Below are positions 9,521-17,534 of a DNA stretch of 64,000 bases, in pieces; the first letter of the stretch is position 1, and every line of letters starts with the position of its first letter. Below the pieces are notes generated by a model. That model worked only from the letters and a program-made list of their open reading frames with translations, ran no database searches and was not told the DNA's origin. Source of the stretch: Dehalococcoidia bacterium. Its GTDB lineage: Bacteria; Chloroflexota; Dehalococcoidia; Lucifugimonadales; UBA1123. Made by a program: the position numbers and the translations under genes. The stretch spans positions 2,932,108-2,996,107 of the forward strand of contig OZ240222.1 of the NCBI GenBank assembly GCA_965197695.1. Direction: 5' to 3'.

Positions 9521-10752
9521 CCGGCGTCGGCCTGATTGGCAGTCTTCGGGAGCTGGGTGACCGCAAGCAGAAGCGCGCCCAGGACCACCATCACTCCCCC
9601 GTACACGAACGCGGTGGACGTGTCCGTTCGGTCCACGATTACGCCCGCGACCCACGGCGAGAAAGCTCCCAGGAAACCGGCGCCGTAGATCAGCGAGACC
9701 ACCGTGGACTGCGCCTCACCCCTGGCCACGTCGATGGCTCCGGCAATGAAGATCGTGTGGAGCGAGTACAGGAACGCGCCCATCGCCAGGATCGTGAGTA
9801 TAAGCTGCGGCCCATCGTCCGCGTACTTCAGCGCGATCATCAACAATCCCAGAACGAGCGTGCATGGGACAAGCACGACTTTCCGACCGTACCTGTCCGA
9901 CAGATACCCCATCAGCGGCTGGGCCACAATTCCCGTGACCTGGGCGCCGGCCATGAACAGGCCGATTACGACCTCATCTTTTTCCAGGTCCTCCAGCAGG
10001 TAAACCGGGAGGAACGCCATGATCGCGCTCTGTCCCACACTGCGCAGGGTCGTAACGAACACAAGGGAAAGCATTGCCCTATCCCTCAGCAGCCTCAGCA
10101 GCGACGAAAAGTAATCGCGCAGCGAAGCGGTGTCGGTGTCGGCAGTGGGAATGCTCACCATCATCAGGTACACCGCGATCGCGAACACCATCGCGGGAAC
10201 GATGCTGATATGAAGGACATCCCGCCATTCGAAGACGACCATGTAAACCCCGGTGAGCAACCCGCCGGTCAGCACCGGGCCGATCACCTCGCCGACGCTG
10301 CCTCCCGTGCCATGCAGCGAGATCGCAAAGCCGCGCCTGTCAGGGAATTTCCTGGATAGCGACGCGATCGCGGGAGGGTGGTACAGAGACGGACCGATTC
10401 CCACCAGCAGCATGATCGCCAGCAGCAGCGGGTAGTTGGGAGCGCTGCCCAGCAGGAAGTAGGAGACTCCCATCACGCCAAGCGACGACATCAACATCAG
10501 TCCCGACCTGCTGGCGAAACGGTCCCCAAGATAGCCGGCCACCATCGTCGTGATTCCGCTGGTCATTCGCTGGGATGTGGAGACCAGGCCGAACTGCGCT
10601 CCACTCAAGCTCATGTCGTCCTTGACCACGGCCAGCAGCACGCTTTGCAGACCGGAGTTGTATATGTGCTTGACCGTATGTCCCAGTACCACGGTGGCCG
10701 CGAGCTGAACTCTGCCACGCCTGATCTCCGGCGATACCTCTACGGTCGCCAT
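9517..10752 (-). CDS. MFS transporter
   Basis: 411 aa, about 12 hydrophobic segments, with the MFS loop motif GYLGDRFASR. Its stop overlaps the convergent M24 stop. Confidence 0.8.
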   Translation of the reverse strand: MATVEVSPEIRRGRVQLAATVVLGHTVKHIYNSGLQSVLLAVVKDDMSLSGAQFGLVSTSQRMTSGITTMVAGYLGDRFASRSGLMLMSSLGVMGVSYFLLGSAPNYPLLLAIMLLVGIGPSLYHPPAIASLSRKFPDRRGFAISLHGTGGSVGEVIGPVLTGGLLTGVYMVVFEWRDVLHISIVPAMVFAIAVYLMMVSIPTADTDTASLRDYFSSLLRLLRDRAMLSLVFVTTLRSVGQSAIMAFLPVYLLEDLEKDEVVIGLFMAGAQVTGIVAQPLMGYLSDRYGRKVVLVPCTLVLGLLMIALKYADDGPQLILTILAMGAFLYSLHTIFIAGAIDVARGEAQSTVVSLIYGAGFLGAFSPWVAGVIVDRTDTSTAFVYGGVMVVLGALLLAVTQLPKTANQADAG

Positions 10753-10843
10753 ATGTTGCGGTATCCCTTCCAGCCTAGTTGGGCAAACAGCGGCATTATA
10801 TCCCAGCCCGGAGCGTAAAGGGGCCGGACGACCGTGGCCGCAT

Positions 10844-11257
10844 CTACTGTACGCGCCTGTCCGAGGCTGTGCTGTCGGTACGCCGATGGTCCTGAGTACC
10901 GGGCCTCACGCAGGAAGAGAGCCTGTAACGGTTCCGGGCGACCCACTGGTATGCTGGTACGCCGAGCAGGGCAGCTCCGGGCAGCCACATCAGCGCCGCG
11001 ATGGGAACCAGAATTGGGAGGCGAATCATCAACTTTCGGATCGCGTGGAACCCGTTGCCGATGACCGCCGGGCCGGATGTCAACTGGATAGCGTACTCGA
11101 GATCCTGCCAGGCCAGTCCGGCCGGCGGGGAGTCAAGCGACTGGTAGGGAGTCCACGAGAACCGGCGGAGCCAGTCGCAGTGCCGCAGAAAACTCACCGT
11201 CGCGGTGCAGATGCCGCAGTCCGAGTCGTAGTAGACCACATACGCCGGCCGGCTCAC
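10844..11257 (-). CDS. DCC-family thiol-disulfide oxidoreductase (DUF393)
   Basis: N-terminal YYDSDCGICT motif (CxxC) typical of the DCC1-like family. The start overlaps the stop of the upstream FAD oxidoreductase. Confidence 0.75.
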   Translation of the reverse strand: MSRPAYVVYYDSDCGICTATVSFLRHCDWLRRFSWTPYQSLDSPPAGLAWQDLEYAIQLTSGPAVIGNGFHAIRKLMIRLPILVPIAALMWLPGAALLGVPAYQWVARNRYRLSSCVRPGTQDHRRTDSTASDRRVQ

Positions 11258-12447
11258 TGGTGCCTCCGTCCTTCATACGGATGCTCCGCGTCCAGAGTGT
11301 CGCCCTCGGAGAATCGGCTGGCGCGGAACTCGTGGACAGGGTGATCGCTGCACTCGCCGTGCATAACCAGCTCCGCCACCATCCGCCCGACAACCGGGGA
11401 CAACTTGAACCCGTGGCCGCTGAACCCGACGGCCCAGTAGAGGCCATCGACGGTCTGCGACCTGTCCAGGATCGGATTTCCATCGGGGGTCATGTCATAC
11501 AGCGAACCGTACCCGCCGCGGCAGGTTGCGGCGGAAAAGTCCGGAAAGCGGAGCTTCGCGCGGTCCCAGAACCGTGTGATAGTGTCGTGGTCGGCATTGA
11601 GACCGAATGAGTCCGGATTCGCGACCTCATTCAAGTCGTCCAACGCCTCGCCTCCAATCAGGGTGTTATAGCCGCTGTCCACCCTGAAGTACGCTCCGGT
11701 CGTGTAGTCGATAACGTTTGTATTCAACGACTCCAGACCCGGCGGCCTTCTGAGGTGGACCATCTGCACGCGGACCGGGGTTACCGGTAGAATCTGCCCG
11801 ACGGGGGCGGCCAGCTGGTTGCACCACGGACCGGTCGCCACAACCACGGCATCGGCCTCGATCAGCCCCTCGGTCGTCCGCGCGCCGGTAACCCTGCCGC
11901 CGGTTGTCTCAAGACCCAGGACCGCGGTCCCTGTCAGGATTTCGGCGCCATCATTCCCTGCCCGTTCCGCATACGCGTACGTAGTCGCCACCGGGTCCGC
12001 ATATCCTGACTCCGGCTCGTACACTCCGATCGCAATGTCGTCGGTATTGACGCCGGGAAGCAGGTCAACCACGCCGGACGCCGTGAGCGTCTTTATGTTG
12101 ACTCCGAGTTCTCGGTTCATCGCTACGTTGGCCTCGACAGCTGCCCTGTCCTTCTCAGGAAACAGCAGCACCCGCCCCGTCTGTTGAAATCGGGCGTCAC
12201 CGCCAATGGCGTCGGAAAAACTGTGGAATATCCGGCTGGCCTCGTTCGCCATTCTGACCAGCGTTGGGTGAAGGTAGTGCTCGCGCACCATCGCGCCGGA
12301 CCGTCCGCTCGCGCCGCCCGCCAGATGGCCCTTCTCCACCAGCGCCACCCTGCCCGCGCCCATTCGCGCCAGGTGCATAGCGATGCTCGTTCCGTTGACG
12401 CCTCCACCAACGACCACTACGTCCGCCGATCTGTCGGCCATTTCCAC
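11254..12447 (-). CDS. FAD-dependent oxidoreductase (DAO / sarcosine oxidase beta-like)
   Basis: VVVVGGGVNGTSIAMHLA dinucleotide-binding motif and GHGFKLSPVVG near the C-terminus. Start is GTG 12447 or ATG 12441. Confidence 0.85.
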   Translation of the reverse strand: MEMADRSADVVVVGGGVNGTSIAMHLARMGAGRVALVEKGHLAGGASGRSGAMVREHYLHPTLVRMANEASRIFHSFSDAIGGDARFQQTGRVLLFPEKDRAAVEANVAMNRELGVNIKTLTASGVVDLLPGVNTDDIAIGVYEPESGYADPVATTYAYAERAGNDGAEILTGTAVLGLETTGGRVTGARTTEGLIEADAVVVATGPWCNQLAAPVGQILPVTPVRVQMVHLRRPPGLESLNTNVIDYTTGAYFRVDSGYNTLIGGEALDDLNEVANPDSFGLNADHDTITRFWDRAKLRFPDFSAATCRGGYGSLYDMTPDGNPILDRSQTVDGLYWAVGFSGHGFKLSPVVGRMVAELVMHGECSDHPVHEFRASRFSEGDTLDAEHPYEGRRHQ

Positions 12448-12469
12448 GACCCCCGTTTACGATTGTTTG

Positions 12470-12499
12470 ATTATATGCGGTGGTGCTGAAGGGGCGCAA
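12470..12499 (-). promoter_or_regulatory. sigma70-like promoter candidate for the FAD-oxidoreductase/DCC operon
   Basis: The minus strand reads TTGCGC (12499-12494), 18-nt spacer, TATAAT (12475-12470). It lies about 20 nt upstream of the start codon. Confidence 0.45.
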
Positions 12500-12587
12500 A
12501 GTTGGGAATACTGCCCATTCCACAATGCGACGCAACATCCGTCCGAACCCATGGCGGGGAAAACGTCTTGGATGAGACGAGCACAGG

Positions 12588-13394
12588 TCAGTCCATCCGG
12601 GACCCGCCCGTGACATTGATCGCCTGGCCGGTGATATTCAGGGACAGGTCCGACGCCAGGAACACCGCGAGGTTCCCGATGTCCTCGGGAGTCTGCTCGC
12701 GTCCAAGCGGCATCCTCTCTTGAACGGATCGGTCAAAGAATTCTCTCGGCGTGATGTGTGCAAGGCTATCGTCCAGGTTTATGTTGCGAGTGGCAATCCG
12801 GTCCCACATCAGCGTCCACAGCGAGCCCGGACAGATCGCGTTCACATTGATGTTGTGAGGCGCGAGCTCCAACGCATAAGCTTGGGTCAGACTGATAACC
12901 CCTGCTTTAGAGATGTTGTATGGAGGATTGCCGGGAGCGCCCTGCCGCCCTGCCACTGATGCGATGTTGACAATCTTGCCGTATCTGCGAGGTTTCATGA
13001 ACTCCGCAACCGCATCCGACACCTTCGCGATTCCCTTCACGTTGACCGCGTAGATCTGGTCCCAGTCAGTCTCGTTGGGGCGGTCACGGTGCTCCCACCC
13101 CGGAGCGCCAACGATCCCGGCATTGTTGACGAGAATGTCGATCTGCCCGTGCGACTCGACGACATGCCGCGCAAGATGTTCTACCGACTCGCGCTGGGTT
13201 ACATCCACCTCTGCGACATCGAACGTGGCTTCCGGATGGTCCGCGCGTAGGTCGGATGCCGTGCGCTGAACATCGTCGATCCGCAGGTCCGTTATCACTA
13301 CCGTCGCCCCGTATGCCGCCATCTTCTCCGCGATCGCCCGCCCGATCCCACGAGCCGATCCCGTCACAATCGCCACCTTGTCATTGAGGTCCAT
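12588..13394 (-). CDS. SDR-family oxidoreductase
   Basis: MDLNDKVAIVTGSARGIGRAIA Rossmann motif, YNISKAG catalytic motif, C-terminal ITGQAINVTGG. ATG 13394 has AGGAGG upstream. The track ORF (to 13667) is over-extended. Confidence 0.88.
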   Translation of the reverse strand: MDLNDKVAIVTGSARGIGRAIAEKMAAYGATVVITDLRIDDVQRTASDLRADHPEATFDVAEVDVTQRESVEHLARHVVESHGQIDILVNNAGIVGAPGWEHRDRPNETDWDQIYAVNVKGIAKVSDAVAEFMKPRRYGKIVNIASVAGRQGAPGNPPYNISKAGVISLTQAYALELAPHNINVNAICPGSLWTLMWDRIATRNINLDDSLAHITPREFFDRSVQERMPLGREQTPEDIGNLAVFLASDLSLNITGQAINVTGGSRMD

Positions 13395-13514
13395 CTGCAC
13401 ACCCTCCTGGATGAAACGTCCGTAATCCGGCGCCACCGCTATTGTATCACCCGCAAGATTCCGCGATGACGCTCGGGAGGCCCGGCGCACCTGGCCGACT
13501 ACGACCGGCGCCCA

Positions 13515-13523
13515 TGCTAGAAT
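13515..13523 (+). promoter_or_regulatory. extended -10 promoter candidate (TGcTAGAAT)
   Basis: TGCTAGAAT at 13515-13523, about 30 nt upstream of the mini-ORF/amidase pair. Confidence 0.35.
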
Positions 13524-13551
13524 ACACGCGCTCAACCGACGTCTGGAGCGA

Positions 13552-13746
13552 GTGATACCCATGTCCGAGCTGACTACCGAGCATATTGGAATCCTGGCTG
13601 AGGCCGCAGGCTTGGAGTTGGACGAGCCGCGTGCGCGCACAATTTCATCGAGGCTATCGGCCATCATGGAAGAGCTGGACGAGATACCGGACGATCAATT
13701 GACCAGTATCGAGCCGGCTCATCGGTTCAACGCGGAGGCGAGCTGA
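13552..13746 (+). CDS. GatC/AtzG-like small amidase-partner protein (61-64 aa)
   Basis: The acidic sequence LTTEHIGILAEAAGLELDEPRARTISSRLSAIMEELDEIPDDQLTSIEPAHRF follows the GatC pattern. Its stop lies 4 nt before the amidase ATG. Start is GTG 13552 or ATG 13561. Confidence 0.6.
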   Translation: MIPMSELTTEHIGILAEAAGLELDEPRARTISSRLSAIMEELDEIPDDQLTSIEPAHRFNAEAS

Positions 13747-13750
13747 CGCT

Positions 13751-15169
13751 ATGCCCGAACATGACCTCCACTTGCTGACGATTGCACAGCTGGCTGACCT
13801 GATCGAATCGGGCCGCCTGTCTCCGGTCGATCTGACACGCGCCTATCTCGAACGCATCGATCGACTGAATCCTACGCTCGGCGCGTACATCACGGTGCTG
13901 GCTGAGACCGCCTTGGCCGCGGCATCCGACGCGGAGGTCGAGGTGACGGCAGGCGCATACCGGGGCCCGCTCCACGGGATTCCGGTCGCCGTCAAAGACA
14001 TCATCTACACCAGAGGCGTCGTCACCAGCGGCGGCTCACGTGTGCTCGCGGATTTCATCCCGGACTTTGACTCGACGATCATCCATCGTCTGCGTGATTC
14101 CGGGGCGATACTGCTCGGCAAGCTCAACCTGAGCGAGTTCGCGATTGGCGGCACCATCGACCACCCCTATGGGACTCCGCGAAACCCGTGGAACACCGGA
14201 AGGTCCGCCGGAGGATCGAGCAGCGGATCGGCGGTCGCGGTCGCCGGAGGGCTGTGCGCCGGCGCGCTGGGCTCGGACACCGGCGGATCGATCCGGGGTC
14301 CCAGCGCCTTCTGCGGCATAGTTGGGCTGCGTCCCACATACGGCAGGGTCACGAGGCATGGCGTGATCCCGATGAGCTGGAGCCTGGACACCATCGGCCC
14401 GATGACACGGACCGTTGAAGACTGCGCCATCATGCTGCGCGCCATCGCCGGGCGTGACGATCTGGACCCGTCGTCCAGCGCCGAGCCGGTCCCCGATTAC
14501 ACCGATTCGCTGGGGCGAGGCACCCACGAAGTCCGAATCGCCCTGCCACGCGAGGCATACGACTTCGACGGGCTGGATGCTGAGATCGAGACATCGGTCC
14601 GCACCGCGGTCGATCAGCTGGCCGAGCTCGGAGCTGAGATCGGAGAGGTAAATCTGCCCACCTCGGCGCACAGTGGCTCGGTCTTTCTGGCAACCGCGGA
14701 TGTCGATGCCGCGACGTTCCACTCGGACTGGCTGAGGTCGAAAGCGGACTGCTACGACTGGAACACCCGCACCCGCCTCGAATCGGCCTCTCTTACGCCG
14801 GCCCCGGCCTATCTGAAGGCTCAACGGGCGAGAACCCTGATCAGGACCGAGCTGATGGACGCGCTGGATACGCACGACTTCATCGTCATGCCGTCCGGCC
14901 CTACCCTCGCGCCTCCGATCGCCCAATCAACGGGTTCGCCGGGAGGCTACTACCAGGGACGGCGCGATCTCGCGCGGCGAAGATACACCAGCCCGGCCGC
15001 CCTCGCGGGTCTCCCCGCCATATCGGTACCCTGTGGATTCGGCAGCGACGGTCTGCCGATAGGTCTCCAGATAATCGGCAGACCGTTCGGTGAAGCCGAG
15101 CTGTTTGGGATCGCTCACGCCTTCGAGCAGGCGTCGGGTTGGCACGATCGAAGACCGCCGGATCCGTGA
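13751..15169 (+). CDS. amidase-signature family amidase (GatA/AtzE-like)
   Basis: 472 aa with the amidase signature [14 protein letters not shown]...[16 protein letters not shown] and the Ser-cisSer-Lys context. Confidence 0.9.
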   Translation: [472 protein letters not shown]

Positions 15170-15174
15170 CGGAC

Positions 15175-15204
15175 TTTACCCAGCAATTCCAAACGCTGTA
15201 ATCT
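15175..15204 (+). promoter_or_regulatory. promoter candidate for tRNA-Pro
   Basis: TTTACC (15175-15180), 18-nt spacer, TAATCT (15199-15204). The predicted start falls about 2 nt from the tRNA 5' end. Confidence 0.35.
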
Positions 15205-15212
15205 TTACCCTG

Positions 15213-15287
15213 CGGGGTGTAGCGCAGCGGTAGCGCGCCTGTTTTGGGAACAGGAGGTCGGCGGTTCGATCCCGCCCACCCCGACCA
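15213..15287 (+). tRNA. tRNA-Pro (anticodon TGG), CCA encoded
   Basis: Hand-folded cloverleaf: acceptor CGGGGTG/CACCCCG, D stem GCGC/GCGC, anticodon stem CCTGT/ACAGG with loop TTTGGGA, T arm GGCGG-TTCGATC-CCGCC, then A-CCA. Confidence 0.9.
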
Positions 15288-15364
15288 CCCCTTACACAAC
15301 CGCGTCCGGGTTCACTATCCACACATGCTACGGACATGGCTCCACAGCCAGTCACGTAGGTACA

Positions 15365-16033
15365 TTGAGCAGCGTGGAACACTCCAACAGTTCTGATACT
15401 CCTGCCGCAGAGCGCCTGCATACGGGTCCGAGCCGAAACGACTGGTGGAAACGGCCGTTCGATCTCGCTGTCCTCATCGCCGTACACGTTGCGCTCGCCC
15501 CGGTCTGGCTGCTGTTGTGGACGGCGATTCCGCTCTCGATCTGGCTGTATGACCACGGACCCGTCTTCTACACACAGGCGAGAGTCGGCAAGAATGGCCG
15601 GGTATTCCGGGTGTTCAAGTTCAGATCGATGATCCCGAATGCCGAACAACACACCGGGGCGGTGTGGGCATCGGAAAACGACCCTCGTATAACACCCGTC
15701 GGTCGATTCCTCAGAGACCGGGCTCTGGATGAGCTCCCGCAGGTCATCAACATGTGGAAAGGTGACATGAGCGTCGTGGGTCCCAGGGCGGAACGTCCCG
15801 AGCTGGTTGAGCAGTTCTCGGCCCGGCATCCTCAGTTCCGACGGCGTCTCATCGTCCGACCCGGCATGACCGGCGTGGCGCAAGTGTACGGCCGATACAA
15901 TACGCGTCCGCTGAACAAGTTGAAGTACGACATCCTATACCTGGACCGAATGTCACCGTGGCTGGACCTCAAACTGCTGGCGTCGTCGGTCTGGCTGACA
16001 CTGGCCGGCAGATGGCAAAGGGAAGAACGCTAG
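15365..16033 (+). CDS. undecaprenyl-phosphate sugar phosphotransferase (bacterial sugar transferase, WbaP/EpsL small type)
   Basis: KRPFDLAVLIAV transmembrane helix, then FYTQARVGKNGRVFRVFKFRSM, DELPQVINMWKGDMSVVGPRAERPE and KLKYDILY. TTG start. Confidence 0.88.
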   Translation: MSSVEHSNSSDTPAAERLHTGPSRNDWWKRPFDLAVLIAVHVALAPVWLLLWTAIPLSIWLYDHGPVFYTQARVGKNGRVFRVFKFRSMIPNAEQHTGAVWASENDPRITPVGRFLRDRALDELPQVINMWKGDMSVVGPRAERPELVEQFSARHPQFRRRLIVRPGMTGVAQVYGRYNTRPLNKLKYDILYLDRMSPWLDLKLLASSVWLTLAGRWQREER

Positions 16034-16142
16034 CGCAGCCAGAGTCTCTCGAATAGCGCCGTCTGGTGTCTGCCCGCTATGAAGCTATACCGGTTTGGTC
16101 GGTGGTCAGTGTGAGAGGAAGGCATTGTACCCCTCTCGTCAC

Positions 16143-16189
16143 TCCCGCGCACGGGCCTGCCCCGTACTACGATACGGGGCGGGAATCCA
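16143..16189. repeat. 47-nt hairpin element, copy 1 of 2
   Basis: TCCCGCGCACGGGCCTGCCCCGTACTACGATACGGGGCGGGAATCCA. Inner stem CCCCGTA/TACGGGG with a 6-nt loop, outer TCCCG/CGGGA. A near-identical copy lies at 17348-17393. Confidence 0.85.
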
Positions 16190-16197
16190 CGGGGTAG

Positions 16198-16218
16198 GGG
16201 CGGGTTTCAAACCCGCCC
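16198..16218. repeat. perfect palindrome GGGCGGGTTT-C-AAACCCGCCC
   Basis: 10-nt arms at 16198-16207 and 16209-16218, read directly from the sequence. Confidence 0.85.
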
Positions 16219-16258
16219 GTCCATATCTCCCTACTGACCGTCCATATCTCCCTACTGA
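16217..16258. repeat. perfect 21-bp tandem direct repeat x2 (CCGTCCATATCTCCCTACTGA)
   Basis: Units at 16217-16237 and 16238-16258 are identical. They lie about 30 nt upstream of a TTGACA box. Confidence 0.9.
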
Positions 16259-16289
16259 ATAGAAACAGGCTCCTAACCGAAATGCCCCC

Positions 16290-16319
16290 TTGACAACTCC
16301 CGTCTCCATACTCTATCGT
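16290..16319 (+). promoter_or_regulatory. sigma70-like promoter candidate for the orphan ORF
   Basis: TTGACA (16290-16295), 18-nt spacer, TATCGT (16314-16319). Confidence 0.4.
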
Positions 16320-16365
16320 AGAACATGCGTACTTGCAGACGCACACACCACACCCGAGACCCACC

Positions 16366-17187
16366 ATGTACTACATCACCAACATATACGCACTCAAGAC
16401 CCTCGCCGATGACATCAGCAACACAACCACCGATGTCCGCGACGTCATCGACAAACTACACGACATCGCGCGGGGCAGGACCCCACGCGCCAACACCCGC
16501 GACCGCATCGCCGCCACACGCATCCTCCTAGACAGAGGCTTCGGCAAAGTCCCCAGGCGCGCAGACTACAACCCCGATCGCCACCAGACACCTGTCCCAG
16601 ACCACGACAGACCCGTGGAACCCTCACACAATCCCACACCGACCACACCCGGAACCGTGGCGCAGCTCGATGAGTCCCTGCACGACTCCCTCGGCCCCGC
16701 TCCTTCCTTCGAGCCGGACCCGTCCCCATCCTTCGAGCCGGACCCCCAGTCCACCACGGACAGCCACATCGTAGACGTCATCGACACCCAGGACTACATC
16801 CTCATGGTCACCGACAACGGTCACACTCTGGTGACCGTTCTCACCGACATTCTCAGGGCCGACGACGATGACCCGGCCATCAGGCCAAGCCACCAGATCG
16901 CGGTCGCCAGGATCCTCCTGGACCGCACCCTCGGCTCGGACTGTGAACCTCCCAAGGACTCCGTCCCTCCCGAGGATGTTCCGTACACCCAGGAGTGGCT
17001 GGAAGACGGATACCGCCAGCTCAACGAGATCACCCGTAGGGTTATGGCGAGCCCGTCGAAGTACACCCACCTGACGGCAGAGGAGCGCGAATACAGGCTG
17101 GGTGAGATCTACAAAGAGCTAAAGGCCAGGCACGCCGGACCCGGCTACACCGGCTACACCGGCAGGCTCGACGACTACGACCCGTGA
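16366..17187 (+). CDS. hypothetical protein with internal duplication and a Pro-rich linker (orphan)
   Basis: 273 aa from ATG 16366 (the track starts at TTG 16333). Two copies of an R-I-A-x-x-R-I-L-L-D-R-x-x-G motif (RIAATRILLDRGFG, QIAVARILLDRTLG), a PSFEPDP tandem, and an acidic C-terminus. No SD is seen. The coding strand is conspicuously C/A-rich and G-poor. Confidence 0.5.
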   Translation: MYYITNIYALKTLADDISNTTTDVRDVIDKLHDIARGRTPRANTRDRIAATRILLDRGFGKVPRRADYNPDRHQTPVPDHDRPVEPSHNPTPTTPGTVAQLDESLHDSLGPAPSFEPDPSPSFEPDPQSTTDSHIVDVIDTQDYILMVTDNGHTLVTVLTDILRADDDDPAIRPSHQIAVARILLDRTLGSDCEPPKDSVPPEDVPYTQEWLEDGYRQLNEITRRVMASPSKYTHLTAEEREYRLGEIYKELKARHAGPGYTGYTGRLDDYDP

Positions 17188-17231
17188 CCGCCCCCCCTCC
17201 CAACCTCCCCAAGTGGAGAGCGGTCAGTGAT

Positions 17232-17520
17232 TAGTGAATGGTGATTAGTACCGTGTCCAGATACTTCTGACATATGCGGGAAATCGCCAGCACCCATCCG
17301 TCACTCTCTGAAAATAACCTGACCGACCGGTGCCGCCCATCCGTCATTCCCGCGCACGGCTTGCCCCGTACTACGATACGGGGCGGGAGTCCAGGTCTGG
17401 AAGCGGTCACTAACATTGGCAAACCCATATAGATGGTGTAGTAGTTAGTGAATGGCGGTCACCGACTCTCATCCACCATTCCAAATTCTACATTCCCTAT
17501 TCCTCACTCCCCATTCACTA
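17232..17520. repeat. repeat-dense noncoding segment bounded by inverted TAGTGAATGG motifs
   Basis: TAGTGAATGG at 17232-17241 (+), 17446-17455 (+) and 17511-17520 (reverse complement). CCCATCCGTCA at 17293 and 17336. GCGGTCA occurs three times. Confidence 0.6.
17348..17393. repeat. 46-nt hairpin element, copy 2 of 2
   Basis: TCCCGCGCACGGCTTGCCCCGTACTACGATACGGGGCGGGAGTCCA. It has the same orientation as copy 1 and differs by one indel and two substitutions. Confidence 0.85.
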
Positions 17521-17534
17521 TTCACCTCACCTTC

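Noticed and set aside
12588-13667. Long N-terminal extensions of track ORFs (also 27248-29272, 46387-47856, 42675-43355, 7388-8242, 19850-20845).
   Set aside because: In each case an internal ATG/GTG preceded by an AGGAGG-type SD coincides with the start of the recognisable domain. The upstream in-frame stretch overlaps a neighbouring gene or promoter.
16198-16218. A palindrome resembling a tRNA T-arm fragment.
   Set aside because: The loop does not fit TTCRANY with a 5-bp stem, and no adjacent acceptor or anticodon-like structure is present.
16217-16258. Tandem repeats (here and at 59837-59876) as a mini CRISPR array.
   Set aside because: The units are directly adjacent with no spacers, occur in only two copies, are not palindromic like CRISPR repeats, and have no cas genes nearby.
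16325-16531. 68-aa ORF starting at the ATG nearest the predicted transcription start.
   Set aside because: The translation is low-complexity Thr/Pro/Ser/Arg-rich and overlaps, out of frame, the longer ORF that has more protein-like sequence. It is kept only as a caveat on the start of the orphan gene.
16143-17393. The two hairpin elements as integron attC sites bracketing a gene cassette.
   Set aside because: I cannot find the RYYYAAC / GTTRRRY core sites at their ends, no intI gene is in the window, and the elements are shorter than typical attC sites.
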